A stretch of DNA of 64,000 nucleotides from an uncultured Lentisphaeria bacterium (GTDB lineage Bacteria; Verrucomicrobiota; Lentisphaeria; JABSQK01; JAJFLO01). The stretch spans positions 1,042,486 to 1,106,485 of the forward strand of contig OX638337.1 of assembly GCA_951812855.1 (NCBI GenBank), written 5' to 3'. Under the pieces are notes generated by a model. That model saw nothing but the letters and a program-made list of their open reading frames with translations. It made no database searches and had not been told where the DNA came from. The position numbers and the translations under genes are program-made. Shown here one piece after another: positions 29,961-39,705 of the stretch. Position 1 is the first letter of the stretch. Each line of letters opens with the position of its first letter.

Positions 29961-30459
29961 TTTTTCCTGTCACCCCGTACACCCTAATCCGAAGGTCAGT
30001 TGATTTGATGCAATCGTTACCCGAATAAATAATACAACATGTCAATATCAACTAAAAATTCTTGTGTTGATCAGAGCCTTCCCGATCTAATTAATATTAC
30101 AACACTCTATTTTGGAACTAAATGACAGTTCCATCGTCAAAGCTGCATCATTCAAGTGAATTAATCGCTATAACACGCTTTTGAAGGAGATTTACATATA
30201 GTTTATTTGGAAATTTTATTAGCAAATTAAACATTTAGAACAAATATATAATCTCTAACTATTTTATTTTGCAGAATACTGAAACATACTATGCATCAAT
30301 ATTTTTCGCCGACAGGCATATCTTTTTATTAAATTTTAACGATGTTTCAACGAAATTTTCTGCAAAAAAAATACAGGTCCATGGCGTATTAAGTTATTAC
30401 GATTTCCGTTTTGCTCAACATGCAACATTATATTATTGTAACTGAACAGGTTTTTATTT

Positions 30460-31767
30460 ATGTCACTGTTTCAAAGCACAACGTGTGCCTCATTCTCCTG
30501 GGATAATTTTGGAAATTTCAGAGGTGTACTGGTTAAACGAAAGGGAAATAGCTTTGAGATTTTAAGCCACTGGCAGGCTGAAAAAACTGGCAGTCAATCA
30601 CATGCCCAGTTGTTGGAAAACGGATATATTTCTCTTAATCCCGACGGAGAAACAACTGTCGTTATCGGCGGCAATTTCAGCAAATCATGTTTCATCGACT
30701 TCAAAATGCCGAAAATTGCCCCTGGCGATCTTAGAAATGCCCTTTTCTTTGAATTGGCAAAATATACACCTGTTCCACTGGATGAAGTTCAATGGGGATT
30801 TCGAGTTATCGGGAAAATCGAAAATACAGAACACTGCCTTATACGCGTTGTGTATTTTTCTCAAACCGACTGGGAGTCCTGGATTTCTGCATCAAGCGGT
30901 ATCAGTAATGGTGTTGATATCATTATTCCCCCCGTTGCCGTTCTTGATCCGGCAATAACCGGTACAGATGTTTGTCTCGAAAATTCAAATGGTAACGAAC
31001 CGTTTATATTTCAATCGAAACCCGATGGTGAACGAGAAATAATCAGCCTTCCGTCAGACCAGGATTATATTGGCATTTTCGGACTCGGCGACTCTCCTCT
31101 TGAACTTGAAAATCTGGACATTGGAGGAATTGGAAATTTATCTGCTGATATCCAAAAAACGTTTACAACCTCGATTATTTTAGGTATATATGGTGTCAGC
31201 AGCCAATTTTATACAGACAAAAAACAGTGGCTCCCGACCCCGCCGGAGTTACGCCCTAAACGAAATCGGACCCATAAAATTTATTTTATGGTGCTTGCTG
31301 TTTATTTATTCTTCCTGTCCGGAATCTTTGTCAGTTCCATGTTTTATGAGCGATATCAGGAATACAATGAATTAAATGCTGAATATAGACGGGTAAAGGA
31401 TAAAATAGACAAGGTGCAAACTTCAGATGAAGACACCAGGTTTGGGGATGATTTGGAAATAGAGTTAGTTGAACTTGATAAAACAATATTTTCCATGGCA
31501 AGGTCGCTGATTGAAGTAACAACGTTAACGGGTGACGAATTGTGGTCATCAAATTTTAATTGGGATGTTAATGAATTACGGGTTGAATTAAGAACTGAAG
31601 CTGAAGATTCTGATATAACAGAGGCTCTTCAACAATCCGAAATTCTAACAGATATTACCATGAGAAAAAGACAACTCGCAGACGGCACTGTTAATTATAC
31701 CATAAATTGCAGAATAATGTCTGAAGATAACGAAGAAGCATTCGACGAAATCAAAACAGACAAATAA
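30460..31767 (+). CDS. Putative T2SS assembly protein, GspL-like topology (cytoplasmic domain - TM - periplasmic domain)
   Basis: 435 aa with a single TM near residues 272-294. Roughly 270 aa are cytoplasmic and roughly 140 aa periplasmic. Sits directly upstream of the GspM-like, GspC-like, gspD and gspE genes. No sequence motif was matched; the call is by position and topology only. Confidence 0.4.
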   Translation: MSLFQSTTCASFSWDNFGNFRGVLVKRKGNSFEILSHWQAEKTGSQSHAQLLENGYISLNPDGETTVVIGGNFSKSCFIDFKMPKIAPGDLRNALFFELAKYTPVPLDEVQWGFRVIGKIENTEHCLIRVVYFSQTDWESWISASSGISNGVDIIIPPVAVLDPAITGTDVCLENSNGNEPFIFQSKPDGEREIISLPSDQDYIGIFGLGDSPLELENLDIGGIGNLSADIQKTFTTSIILGIYGVSSQFYTDKKQWLPTPPELRPKRNRTHKIYFMVLAVYLFFLSGIFVSSMFYERYQEYNELNAEYRRVKDKIDKVQTSDEDTRFGDDLEIELVELDKTIFSMARSLIEVTTLTGDELWSSNFNWDVNELRVELRTEAEDSDITEALQQSEILTDITMRKRQLADGTVNYTINCRIMSEDNEEAFDEIKTDK

Positions 31768-31824
31768 TAGAAATAACAATAATAAAAACACTGAAAATGA
31801 CTCCGCCGGGAAATAGGAAAATTA

Positions 31825-32409
31825 ATGTCTAACAGCAAAACAACAGGTCACCGGAAAATTTATTCTGCTATCATTATTATTTTGGTTCTGTGTTATGCCG
31901 TTAAGTTCATGAATATAGACAATGTCGTCGTCCCGACATCGAAATTAATTAAAGATCAGAAGCATAAAATAAAATTGTTAAAAGCTGAATTAGTCAATAT
32001 AGAGAAATTGATTGAGAAGCGAAAAGAAAAAAAAGAGAAGTTGGGACGAATGAGCAGCCAATACTGGCAATCAACAGATAAATTACCGACAAACGAAATC
32101 CAGCAGAAAATTGAACGTATCGGCAAAAAAAACGGTGTGATTTTAAACAAAGTCGGTGCACCAAAAATCACTGATGTAAGCGATAATATTCAAGCCATTG
32201 ACATTACTATCAGCAGTACAACTTCAATTAAAAACGTCAGTGATTTTTTACAGGATATTGAAAACGAACATCCCCTGTTGATTTGGCATAACTGTGTTAT
32301 TCGTCCCAACCGAACTAAAGATCCGACGTTAGTCAGTATTTCGGGTAAAGTACGTGCATATATTTTAAAACCCACTGTCGAAAATTACTTGTCCGGACGC
32401 CAATTTTAA
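31825..32409 (+). CDS. Putative GspM/PilO-like bitopic membrane protein
   Basis: 194 aa. N-terminal TM (IYSAIIIILVLCYAV), coiled-coil, then a periplasmic domain. Positional inference only. Confidence 0.35.
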   Translation: MSNSKTTGHRKIYSAIIIILVLCYAVKFMNIDNVVVPTSKLIKDQKHKIKLLKAELVNIEKLIEKRKEKKEKLGRMSSQYWQSTDKLPTNEIQQKIERIGKKNGVILNKVGAPKITDVSDNIQAIDITISSTTSIKNVSDFLQDIENEHPLLIWHNCVIRPNRTKDPTLVSISGKVRAYILKPTVENYLSGRQF

Positions 32410-33257
32410 TGGGTAAATTTTTAATTATAATCAATATATCATTAACTGTCGCTGCCATTGTTTTGACGCGTAATCTGATAAATCCAACGTTACCGGCCAA
32501 TTCGAATTCGACGTCAACATTATTAGACACGAGCGTTTTTGAACAAACCGGCATGGAGGATGAAACGGGAATGGGTCTACCCAAATTAACCCGGCAGGAG
32601 AGTGATATATTGTGGGAGAAAAATCTATTTCATCCTGAAAGAACCTTTGAAGAGAGCCTTATAGAAGATTTAGATATCAAAGAACCTGAGCAAGTTAACG
32701 AACATTTTGAATTGATGAGTATAGCCCAGGTTGCGAATAAATCGTGTGCCAGCATACGAGTCATAAAGAAAGCTCGGTCGCAAAGACGACGGGCAAATAA
32801 CCGCAGGAATAATAGAAGAGCAAAATCACCTAAAAAAGATACAAACCAGAAAATTTATATGCTGAATGATTCTGTGGGTGAAACCGGTTTTAAACTCACA
32901 GAGATAGGCATTGATTATATCGTTATTAAAAAAGGTGATCAAGAATTGACGTTAAGACTGGATAAAGGTGATGAGAGTAGTGAAAAACGCAGGCAGGTAG
33001 CAAAGAAAAAAATTGATGCCAAAACTAAGAAAGAGTCAGCGGCAAGGAACAGAATTGAAGCGTCTAAGAAAAAACAAGAAAAAGAACCTGAAAAAGAAGT
33101 TGCAAAAGATACACCGAAAAAAACGATTCCGCCGCCACCGCCACCGCCGGCATTTAATCGAGGAGTTCAACAGCCTGCAACAAATCAAAACAGCACCAAT
33201 ACCAGTAGTGCCGGGCAAGGAAACAGTCAATACCCGAGACCCATAAGAAAAAGATAG
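32409..33257 (+). CDS. Putative GspC/PilP-like secretin-interacting protein with Lys/Arg-rich and poly-Pro C-terminal region
   Basis: 282 aa with an N-terminal TM. The central segment (IYMLNDSVGETGFKLTEIGIDYIVIKKGDQELTLRL) resembles a GspC HR/PilP beta-domain. The C-terminus is a K-rich stretch plus PPPPPPP. It lies immediately upstream of gspD, as gspC does in classical operons. Confidence 0.35.
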   Translation: MGKFLIIINISLTVAAIVLTRNLINPTLPANSNSTSTLLDTSVFEQTGMEDETGMGLPKLTRQESDILWEKNLFHPERTFEESLIEDLDIKEPEQVNEHFELMSIAQVANKSCASIRVIKKARSQRRRANNRRNNRRAKSPKKDTNQKIYMLNDSVGETGFKLTEIGIDYIVIKKGDQELTLRLDKGDESSEKRRQVAKKKIDAKTKKESAARNRIEASKKKQEKEPEKEVAKDTPKKTIPPPPPPPAFNRGVQQPATNQNSTNTSSAGQGNSQYPRPIRKR

Positions 33258-33323
33258 ACTGTAAAACATTTTACTTTAGTGAAGTTATAATACGAAATAA
33301 AATTCAAGGAGATCAATAGATCA

Positions 33324-36086
33324 ATGGCGAAACAAACTATTTATTTAAATAAACGAATATACTCAGCTTTGATTGTCTTCGTAGCAATGAATATGATATT
33401 TATTTCAGGCTGCCGAACATCGGATTCTGCTAAATCTAAACATGAATCACATGCAGGCAAGGTTGATAACCAGAAAAAAAATAGAACTGATGACACGAAG
33501 AGTATAAAAAAACAGCTTAATGCACAGCAATTTCAGTTAAAAAAAGCACAACACGACATTACCAGAAAATTCAAAAAAATAAACAAAGCGAAAAACAAAT
33601 CTCAACGGATGGCGGTCAAGGAAGAGATGATTGCAGCAGAGAAAAATGTTCAATTAATATCAGAAAAGATTTCGGTACTTAGAAACAGACTTGCGGAGAT
33701 TTCAAAGAAGAAAGAGATCGACGTTCTTAATAAAAACACTCAAGGGAAAATAGCGAATAATAAGCCTTCATCGCCTACCGAAAAAATTTCTGAAAGTACA
33801 CCTGCACAGACTGATAAGACAATACCATCTCTTTTTACAGATAATCCCAATCCAAACAAAGTAGATCCGGATACAAATTCCGATAATAAACCAACATCGG
33901 CTGAGAAGTCTGCACCGTCTATATTTTCAAACATTTCTAATTCGGACGAGATATTTACTGCAAGTCCGGCAAAGGAAACCAGGGATTCGGTTGACAAACC
34001 TGCAGCTGCCACCCTGGATCAATCAGTGGACATGCTGACATCAAATCACGATGTGGATACTGCCAATACATCGGTTTTGCCAATTAGAATTCCCAAATCT
34101 ACACAGCGTACGTTAGCCAAAGACGAGTATAGCCTGCCAATGGATATGACAAAAGATATTGAAAATCCATCGGAGCAACTTGAAGTCAAATTTAATTTTG
34201 ACGCTGAGAGCATTGTGAATGTTGTGCAGATGTTCTCACTTACCCTGGATTTTCAGTATTTTATTGATACTGCTGTATCTGGATCAGTAACCATGACAAT
34301 TGATACCCTGATGACACGCAGGGAAGCGTGGGAACTCTTCGAGCATATTTTATGGATTTCCGGTTCGTATGCATCCAAACATCACGGATTTATAAATATT
34401 CTTCCATTTACTAAAATGCCTCAGGAACGACGGATTTTTGCTACACATGATCCAATACCCAATGTAAATGTAGAAATTATAAAACTCTTCAACACAACTC
34501 CGGTAGATATTTCCAATCTGATCAAGCCTTTCATTACAGCCGGAGCAACGGTTACCGCAATCCAATATTTAAACAGTTTGCTCATTATTGAAGCACCTCC
34601 GAATATGGAAAAACTTAAAGAGCTAATAACAAAACTTGATGTTATGGGAGAAACAGATTGGCCTCAAATAAGTATTCAATGCAACTACGTTGAATCAAAA
34701 GTGATTTTAGAAGAGCTGAAGCAAATATTACCCATTCTGGGATTTTCAGTAACAACTTCAGAAAAAGGAGATGGACACAGTATTAAAATTCTTGAACTCC
34801 CCCGTTTACAAATACTGATTGCCGCAGCTCCAACCATGGAGGTATTGGAGGAGTTAAAACGTTGGGTAAAAATTCTTGACAACGAGGAATCATCGGAAGA
34901 AGAGCGAATATTTTTTTATGATGTAAAATATAATAATGCAGAAGATTTAAGTGATAATGTCAGTATTTTCTTTAACTCCTCCAATTCAAAATCATCCCGA
35001 TCCAGATCATCAAGTTCAACGCCGACTTCAACAATATCCGGTACCGACCGGCCGGCATCATCGAGCCGACAAAAAACAACAAACCAAAATCGACGAACAT
35101 TCTCAAACAATGAAAAACCGGCTACCATTTTTGATGTTCCCGTAACCATATTAGCAGACGGCAGTCATAATCGACTTGTAATTCGAACCACAACCCGGGC
35201 ATACTCAATGTTGGAAGCATTACTGCGACGCCTGGACACTCCTCCACTTCAAGTTTTGATTCAGGCGACAATTGCTGAAATTACTTTAACCAAGGATACT
35301 GAATTTGGATTTATATACGCCGCTGAAAAAAGTAAAGGCGATGGCAAAAGCGTAGGAATAGAATTTTCCCCAGGTCTTCCTGCAGCCGCTGACAGGTTGA
35401 TTGGTATTGACTTTAATAAAAACGTAGATGCGACAGTCAATACCGCAACAAATCTAATCGCCGGAGAAGTTTTATCGCAAATTCAAGCTGTCGCAGGAAA
35501 AAATAATACACGAATCTTAAATTCGCCACAAATTATTGCAATAAGCGATGAGGAAGCAACAATTAATGTAGGTGACAGTATACCCATTGCATCACGAACC
35601 GAAACAGGGGATAGTAACAACGATCGTAATTTCACCGATGTCCAGTACCAGGACACCGGGATAATCTTAACTGTTACACCTCACATTACTGCCAAAAAAT
35701 TAGTGACTCTGGACATTCGTCAAGAAGTATCAGAAGCAATCGAAACAGAAACGTCCAGCATTAATTCGCCCACAATTCAAACTCGTGTCATTGAAACGTC
35801 TATGATTATTGAAGATGGGAAAACAATTATTCTTGGCGGTATGATTCGATCAAGAAACCAGGACAAAAACCGTGGATTCCCAATTATTAAAGACATCCCC
35901 TTAGTTGGAAAACTATTCAGTTCAATTGGTAAAAACAGAAGTAGACTTGAATTATTGCTACTCATAACCGTTCATGTCATTGACACAGAAACTGATGTAG
36001 ATTTACTTATGACTCGATACCGTGCTGCATTAAAGTCGATTGATGAGTTCAATCAAAAGAATGAAAGTAGTGGAGCGGAAAAATAA
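33324..36086 (+). CDS. gspD: T2SS secretin GspD, lipoprotein form with long N-terminal coiled-coil/low-complexity extension
   Basis: 920 aa. Lipoprotein signal with lipobox (…FISGC). Roughly 150 aa of K/E-rich coiled-coil and roughly 130 aa of S/T/P/N-rich linker come next. N0/N1-type domains begin near residue 290. A canonical secretin domain sits at the C-terminus (NSPQIIAISDEEATINVGDS…GGMIRSRNQDKNRGFPIIKDIPLVGKLFSS). An AGGAGA RBS lies 9 nt upstream. Confidence 0.85.
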   Translation: MAKQTIYLNKRIYSALIVFVAMNMIFISGCRTSDSAKSKHESHAGKVDNQKKNRTDDTKSIKKQLNAQQFQLKKAQHDITRKFKKINKAKNKSQRMAVKEEMIAAEKNVQLISEKISVLRNRLAEISKKKEIDVLNKNTQGKIANNKPSSPTEKISESTPAQTDKTIPSLFTDNPNPNKVDPDTNSDNKPTSAEKSAPSIFSNISNSDEIFTASPAKETRDSVDKPAAATLDQSVDMLTSNHDVDTANTSVLPIRIPKSTQRTLAKDEYSLPMDMTKDIENPSEQLEVKFNFDAESIVNVVQMFSLTLDFQYFIDTAVSGSVTMTIDTLMTRREAWELFEHILWISGSYASKHHGFINILPFTKMPQERRIFATHDPIPNVNVEIIKLFNTTPVDISNLIKPFITAGATVTAIQYLNSLLIIEAPPNMEKLKELITKLDVMGETDWPQISIQCNYVESKVILEELKQILPILGFSVTTSEKGDGHSIKILELPRLQILIAAAPTMEVLEELKRWVKILDNEESSEEERIFFYDVKYNNAEDLSDNVSIFFNSSNSKSSRSRSSSSTPTSTISGTDRPASSSRQKTTNQNRRTFSNNEKPATIFDVPVTILADGSHNRLVIRTTTRAYSMLEALLRRLDTPPLQVLIQATIAEITLTKDTEFGFIYAAEKSKGDGKSVGIEFSPGLPAAADRLIGIDFNKNVDATVNTATNLIAGEVLSQIQAVAGKNNTRILNSPQIIAISDEEATINVGDSIPIASRTETGDSNNDRNFTDVQYQDTGIILTVTPHITAKKLVTLDIRQEVSEAIETETSSINSPTIQTRVIETSMIIEDGKTIILGGMIRSRNQDKNRGFPIIKDIPLVGKLFSSIGKNRSRLELLLLITVHVIDTETDVDLLMTRYRAALKSIDEFNQKNESSGAEK

Positions 36087-36112
36087 GTTCTCAACTGTTT
36101 AAGGAATAAAAA

Positions 36113-37873
36113 ATGTCTCAAGAAATTGAAAATAATAATGTTGTTGATAATCCCATAGAACACTCTCAGGACGGGACGGCAGCAGAACAAAAAACAGATA
36201 GTAATATTGGACCTAAATTCCTGACGAAATCAGTGGACCAGTATATTGATGCGATCCGGGAGCATATCGAATCGTGTGTTGACGCGAGTGAGAGTATAAA
36301 AGATTTTGAACCTAAATTCGAATGGGACTTATCAACTCAGGGGAAAATTTCTGAAAACGAAATCCTCCAGGCCTATGTTAATGCAACAGAGTTAACCGCT
36401 ATTGAAGAGGAATTACTTGAGAATGTTGAGCGATTCCCGGACATAACATTTGAGTACCTGAATAATTGGTTGTGTCTACCTGTGTCCTGGGATTCAGATT
36501 CGGTTGTGATCGTCATCGCCATGCCGTATTCAATCCCGACTATCGCTTTCCACTGGGACCATTTACTGAATCGGCGGGCATCCTTCTGTTTTGCTCCACG
36601 AAGCCGAATTGAGCGATTAATCAATTCATTATACAGCCAAATCGAAGATGATGTTTCTGATGATTTATTTAATATGAACGGAGATGCCAGTGAAGCGGCA
36701 TTGAGGGATTTAGCTCTGGAAGCACCAATTGTACGCCTGGTGAATGACATGTTTGCTCAGGCAATAGAAATGGGTGCCAGCGATATTCACGTTGAACCAT
36801 CTGAAGAACATTTGGCAATTCGGTATCGCGTAGACGGAGTACTGCAAACCATACTGACACCGCCTGCATCGTCATATGCAGCAATTGCATCACGAATAAA
36901 ATTGATTGGCGGACTCAACATTGCTGAACGGAGACTGCCGCAGGATGGTCGAACCGAACTGCAGATAGGCCGTGCCCAAATCGATGTCAGGATAAGTACA
37001 CTCCCATCGATGCATGGCGAAAGTATCGTACTGCGGTTGCTTCGTAAAGATATTACTTCATTTACGTTAGAGAATATAGGAATGGAGGATTATATCAAAA
37101 AACCCTTCAGCAAACTCGTAAAAAAACCCCATGGAATGATACTGGTCGTCGGTCCGACTGGAAGTGGGAAAACCACCACATTATACTGTGTCATGAATCT
37201 GCTTGATACTGAAGAAAAAAAAGTCATAACGATTGAAGATCCGATCGAATATCAGATGAGGGGTGTAACACAAATACAGGTCAAAGCATCAATTGGTCTA
37301 TCATTTGCAAACGGTCTTCGTTCGATCGTCCGGCAGGATCCGGATATCATTTTAGTAGGAGAAATTCGTGATAAGGAAACAGCTGAAATTGCAATTCATG
37401 CTGCATTAACCGGACACCTTGTATTAAGCACGCTGCATACGAACGATGCGACCGGTGCGATTAGTCGTCTTGTTGATATGGGAGTTGAACCGTTTTTAAT
37501 TTCATCAGCACTTGTTGGAGTGATGTCACAAAGATTACTGCGAACAATTTGCAAAAAATGTCAGGGGAAGGGTGTTGTATCTGATATTAAGGAAAAGCGT
37601 ACAGGAACAGACCCCAATGATAATGAGCCTTTAACCAAAAACTGCAGAAATTGTAATGGGTCTGGTTATCGCGGACGAGTTGGTATTTTCGAATTTTTGA
37701 CTATAGATGAAGATATCAGGAAGGCCACCGGTCAAGGTGCTGATAATGCCGTTTTAAATAAGATTGCCTGTGATAACGGGATGATCGGATTACTCGAAAG
37801 TGGCAAAGAAAAGGTTAAAAACGGAATTACTACCGAAGCTGAAGTAACACGCGTTTGTCAGCTTAGTATTTAG
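36113..37873 (+). CDS. gspE: T2SS ATPase GspE
   Basis: 586 aa. N1E/N2E domains, Walker A (GPTGSGKTT), an Asp box, Walker B, a His box (LSTLHTNDA) and a tetra-Cys zinc motif (CKKC…CRNCNGSG). Confidence 0.9.
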   Translation: MSQEIENNNVVDNPIEHSQDGTAAEQKTDSNIGPKFLTKSVDQYIDAIREHIESCVDASESIKDFEPKFEWDLSTQGKISENEILQAYVNATELTAIEEELLENVERFPDITFEYLNNWLCLPVSWDSDSVVIVIAMPYSIPTIAFHWDHLLNRRASFCFAPRSRIERLINSLYSQIEDDVSDDLFNMNGDASEAALRDLALEAPIVRLVNDMFAQAIEMGASDIHVEPSEEHLAIRYRVDGVLQTILTPPASSYAAIASRIKLIGGLNIAERRLPQDGRTELQIGRAQIDVRISTLPSMHGESIVLRLLRKDITSFTLENIGMEDYIKKPFSKLVKKPHGMILVVGPTGSGKTTTLYCVMNLLDTEEKKVITIEDPIEYQMRGVTQIQVKASIGLSFANGLRSIVRQDPDIILVGEIRDKETAEIAIHAALTGHLVLSTLHTNDATGAISRLVDMGVEPFLISSALVGVMSQRLLRTICKKCQGKGVVSDIKEKRTGTDPNDNEPLTKNCRNCNGSGYRGRVGIFEFLTIDEDIRKATGQGADNAVLNKIACDNGMIGLLESGKEKVKNGITTEAEVTRVCQLSI

Positions 37874-37899
37874 CTGCAGATTTTAGCTTAAAATCCAAT

Positions 37900-39447
37900 T
37901 TACTCCCACTCAATGGTTCCGGGAGGTTTTGAGCTGATATCATAACAGACCCGGTTTATACCGTGCACTTCATTGATGATTCTATTTGAAATTTTTGAAA
38001 GCAATTCGTGAGGTAATCGTGCCCAGTCAGCAGTCATGCCGTCAGAACTTTCAACGATTCTTAATGCAATCGCATTTTCATAGGTCCGCTCATCTCCCAT
38101 AACACCTACACTTCTGACAGGGAGTAAAACTGCAAATGACTGCCATACTCTGTAATAGAATTCTGCCCTTACCATTTCATCATGTACGATTTTATCAGCC
38201 TTTCGCAGAACATCGAGTCCGACCTTGTCTACTGCACCAATGATCCTGACCGCAAGACCGGGTCCGGGAAAAGGCTGGCGCCAATTCAATTCTCCTGGTA
38301 ATCCGAGTTGTCGACCGACCTCCCTGACTTCATCCTTGAACAATGTTCGCAGCGGTTCGATTAATTCCAGATTCATCGTTTCAGGCAATCCTCCTACATT
38401 GTGATGGCTCTTTATGACCGCACTCGGGTTGTCATTAATAGAAACGCTTTCGATAACATCCGGGTAGGTTGTTCCCTGTGCGAGATACACCACATTTTTA
38501 AATCGCTCAGCCACATTATTAAATACTTCAATAAACTCGTGACCGATTATTTTTCGTTTAGATTCAGGTTCTGTTATACCCTCTAACTTCTGTAAAAACT
38601 GATCTGACGCATTTTCAACATGTAGATTGAGTAAAAAACGATTGCTGAATACTTCTTCAATAAATTCAGGTTCACCAGATCGAAGAAGTCCGTTATTTAC
38701 AAAAACGCAAATTAAATTGTCGCCAATCGCTTTCTGTAATAACAAAGCGGTTACAGATGAATCAACCCCCCCGCTTAAACCAAGAATGACCTTATCATTT
38801 TTTATCTTTGACTGCATATCGGGGATCGTGGTTTCGATGAACGAACTCATAGACCAGTTTGCAGCACAACCACACACTGAGAAAACAAAATTATGCAATA
38901 ATTTCATGCCGCACGGTGTATGTGCCACCTCGGGGTGAAATTGAATACCAAAAATTTTCTTGCTGTTATCCGCAATTGCTGCGTGCCTTGTATTTTCTGT
39001 TTCAGCGATTGATTCGAATTCAGAAGGTATCGAGAGAACTTTATCGGAATGACTCATCCAGACCCTTTGTTTATCACCGAGATCATGCAGTAATGGCGAC
39101 GTTTCATTAATTATTAATTCCGCATGACCAAACTCTCTGTTGCTGGATGAATCGACTTTTCCTCCCAAAACGTGAACCATAAGTTGAAGGCCATAACAAA
39201 TACCTAATATTGGAATGTTTAAATTAAAAATTTCCGGATCAATTGCAGGTGCATTTTCGCTGTATACACTTGCGGGACCTCCACTTAAAATTATGCCTGA
39301 TGGGTCAAGCAACTTTATCTTTTCAGCACTTGTATTATATCGAACGATAAGACTGTACACATTCAATTCTCGAATACGGCGAGCAATAAGTTGAGTATAC
39401 TGTGAACCAAAATCTAAAATAATGATGCTTTTCGCAGGTACATCCAT
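37900..39447 (-). CDS. guaA: GMP synthase (glutamine-hydrolysing)
   Basis: 515 aa. GATase-1 domain (GICYGLQLM), an ATP-PPase SGGVDSS motif, and a C-terminal dimerisation domain ending …GTIEWE. Confidence 0.9.
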   Translation of the reverse strand: MDVPAKSIIILDFGSQYTQLIARRIRELNVYSLIVRYNTSAEKIKLLDPSGIILSGGPASVYSENAPAIDPEIFNLNIPILGICYGLQLMVHVLGGKVDSSSNREFGHAELIINETSPLLHDLGDKQRVWMSHSDKVLSIPSEFESIAETENTRHAAIADNSKKIFGIQFHPEVAHTPCGMKLLHNFVFSVCGCAANWSMSSFIETTIPDMQSKIKNDKVILGLSGGVDSSVTALLLQKAIGDNLICVFVNNGLLRSGEPEFIEEVFSNRFLLNLHVENASDQFLQKLEGITEPESKRKIIGHEFIEVFNNVAERFKNVVYLAQGTTYPDVIESVSINDNPSAVIKSHHNVGGLPETMNLELIEPLRTLFKDEVREVGRQLGLPGELNWRQPFPGPGLAVRIIGAVDKVGLDVLRKADKIVHDEMVRAEFYYRVWQSFAVLLPVRSVGVMGDERTYENAIALRIVESSDGMTADWARLPHELLSKISNRIINEVHGINRVCYDISSKPPGTIEWE

Positions 39448-39705
39448 TCAGTATCGAATCCTTTTCTGTGATTTTTTTATCCTGATCCGAAATTCCTCAT
39501 TACAGGAGGGACACTCAACAACTGTTTCGGTTCGTTTTGAAATAAAGGTGAGATGACAGTTTTTACAGTTGCAAAGCTGTTCTTGTGAAACATTCCACTC
39601 GTAGGCTGACTCCTGCCAAAGCTGTCGCAACCAAAAAATGCAAAACACACCGACAGCAAATGTATTTGTGACTATAAAAAAATAATCAATACCAATCTTG
39701 AACAT
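39448..39705 (-). CDS. Small membrane protein with C-terminal zinc ribbon (MJ0042-like), downstream of tonB
   Basis: The ORF is open to 39771, but the Met at 39705 limits the overlap with tonB to 20 bp. Has a TM helix (FFIVTNTFAVGVFCIFWL) and CNCKNC…CPSC. Confidence 0.4.
   Translation of the reverse strand: MFKIGIDYFFIVTNTFAVGVFCIFWLRQLWQESAYEWNVSQEQLCNCKNCHLTFISKRTETVVECPSCNEEFRIRIKKSQKRIRY

Noticed and set aside
33013-33269. Overlapping ORFs (33013-33246 +, 33036-33269 -) encoding extremely Lys/Arg-rich peptides.
   Set aside because: They are alternative-frame readings of the A/G-rich region that encodes the K-rich tail of the GspC-like protein, not independent genes.
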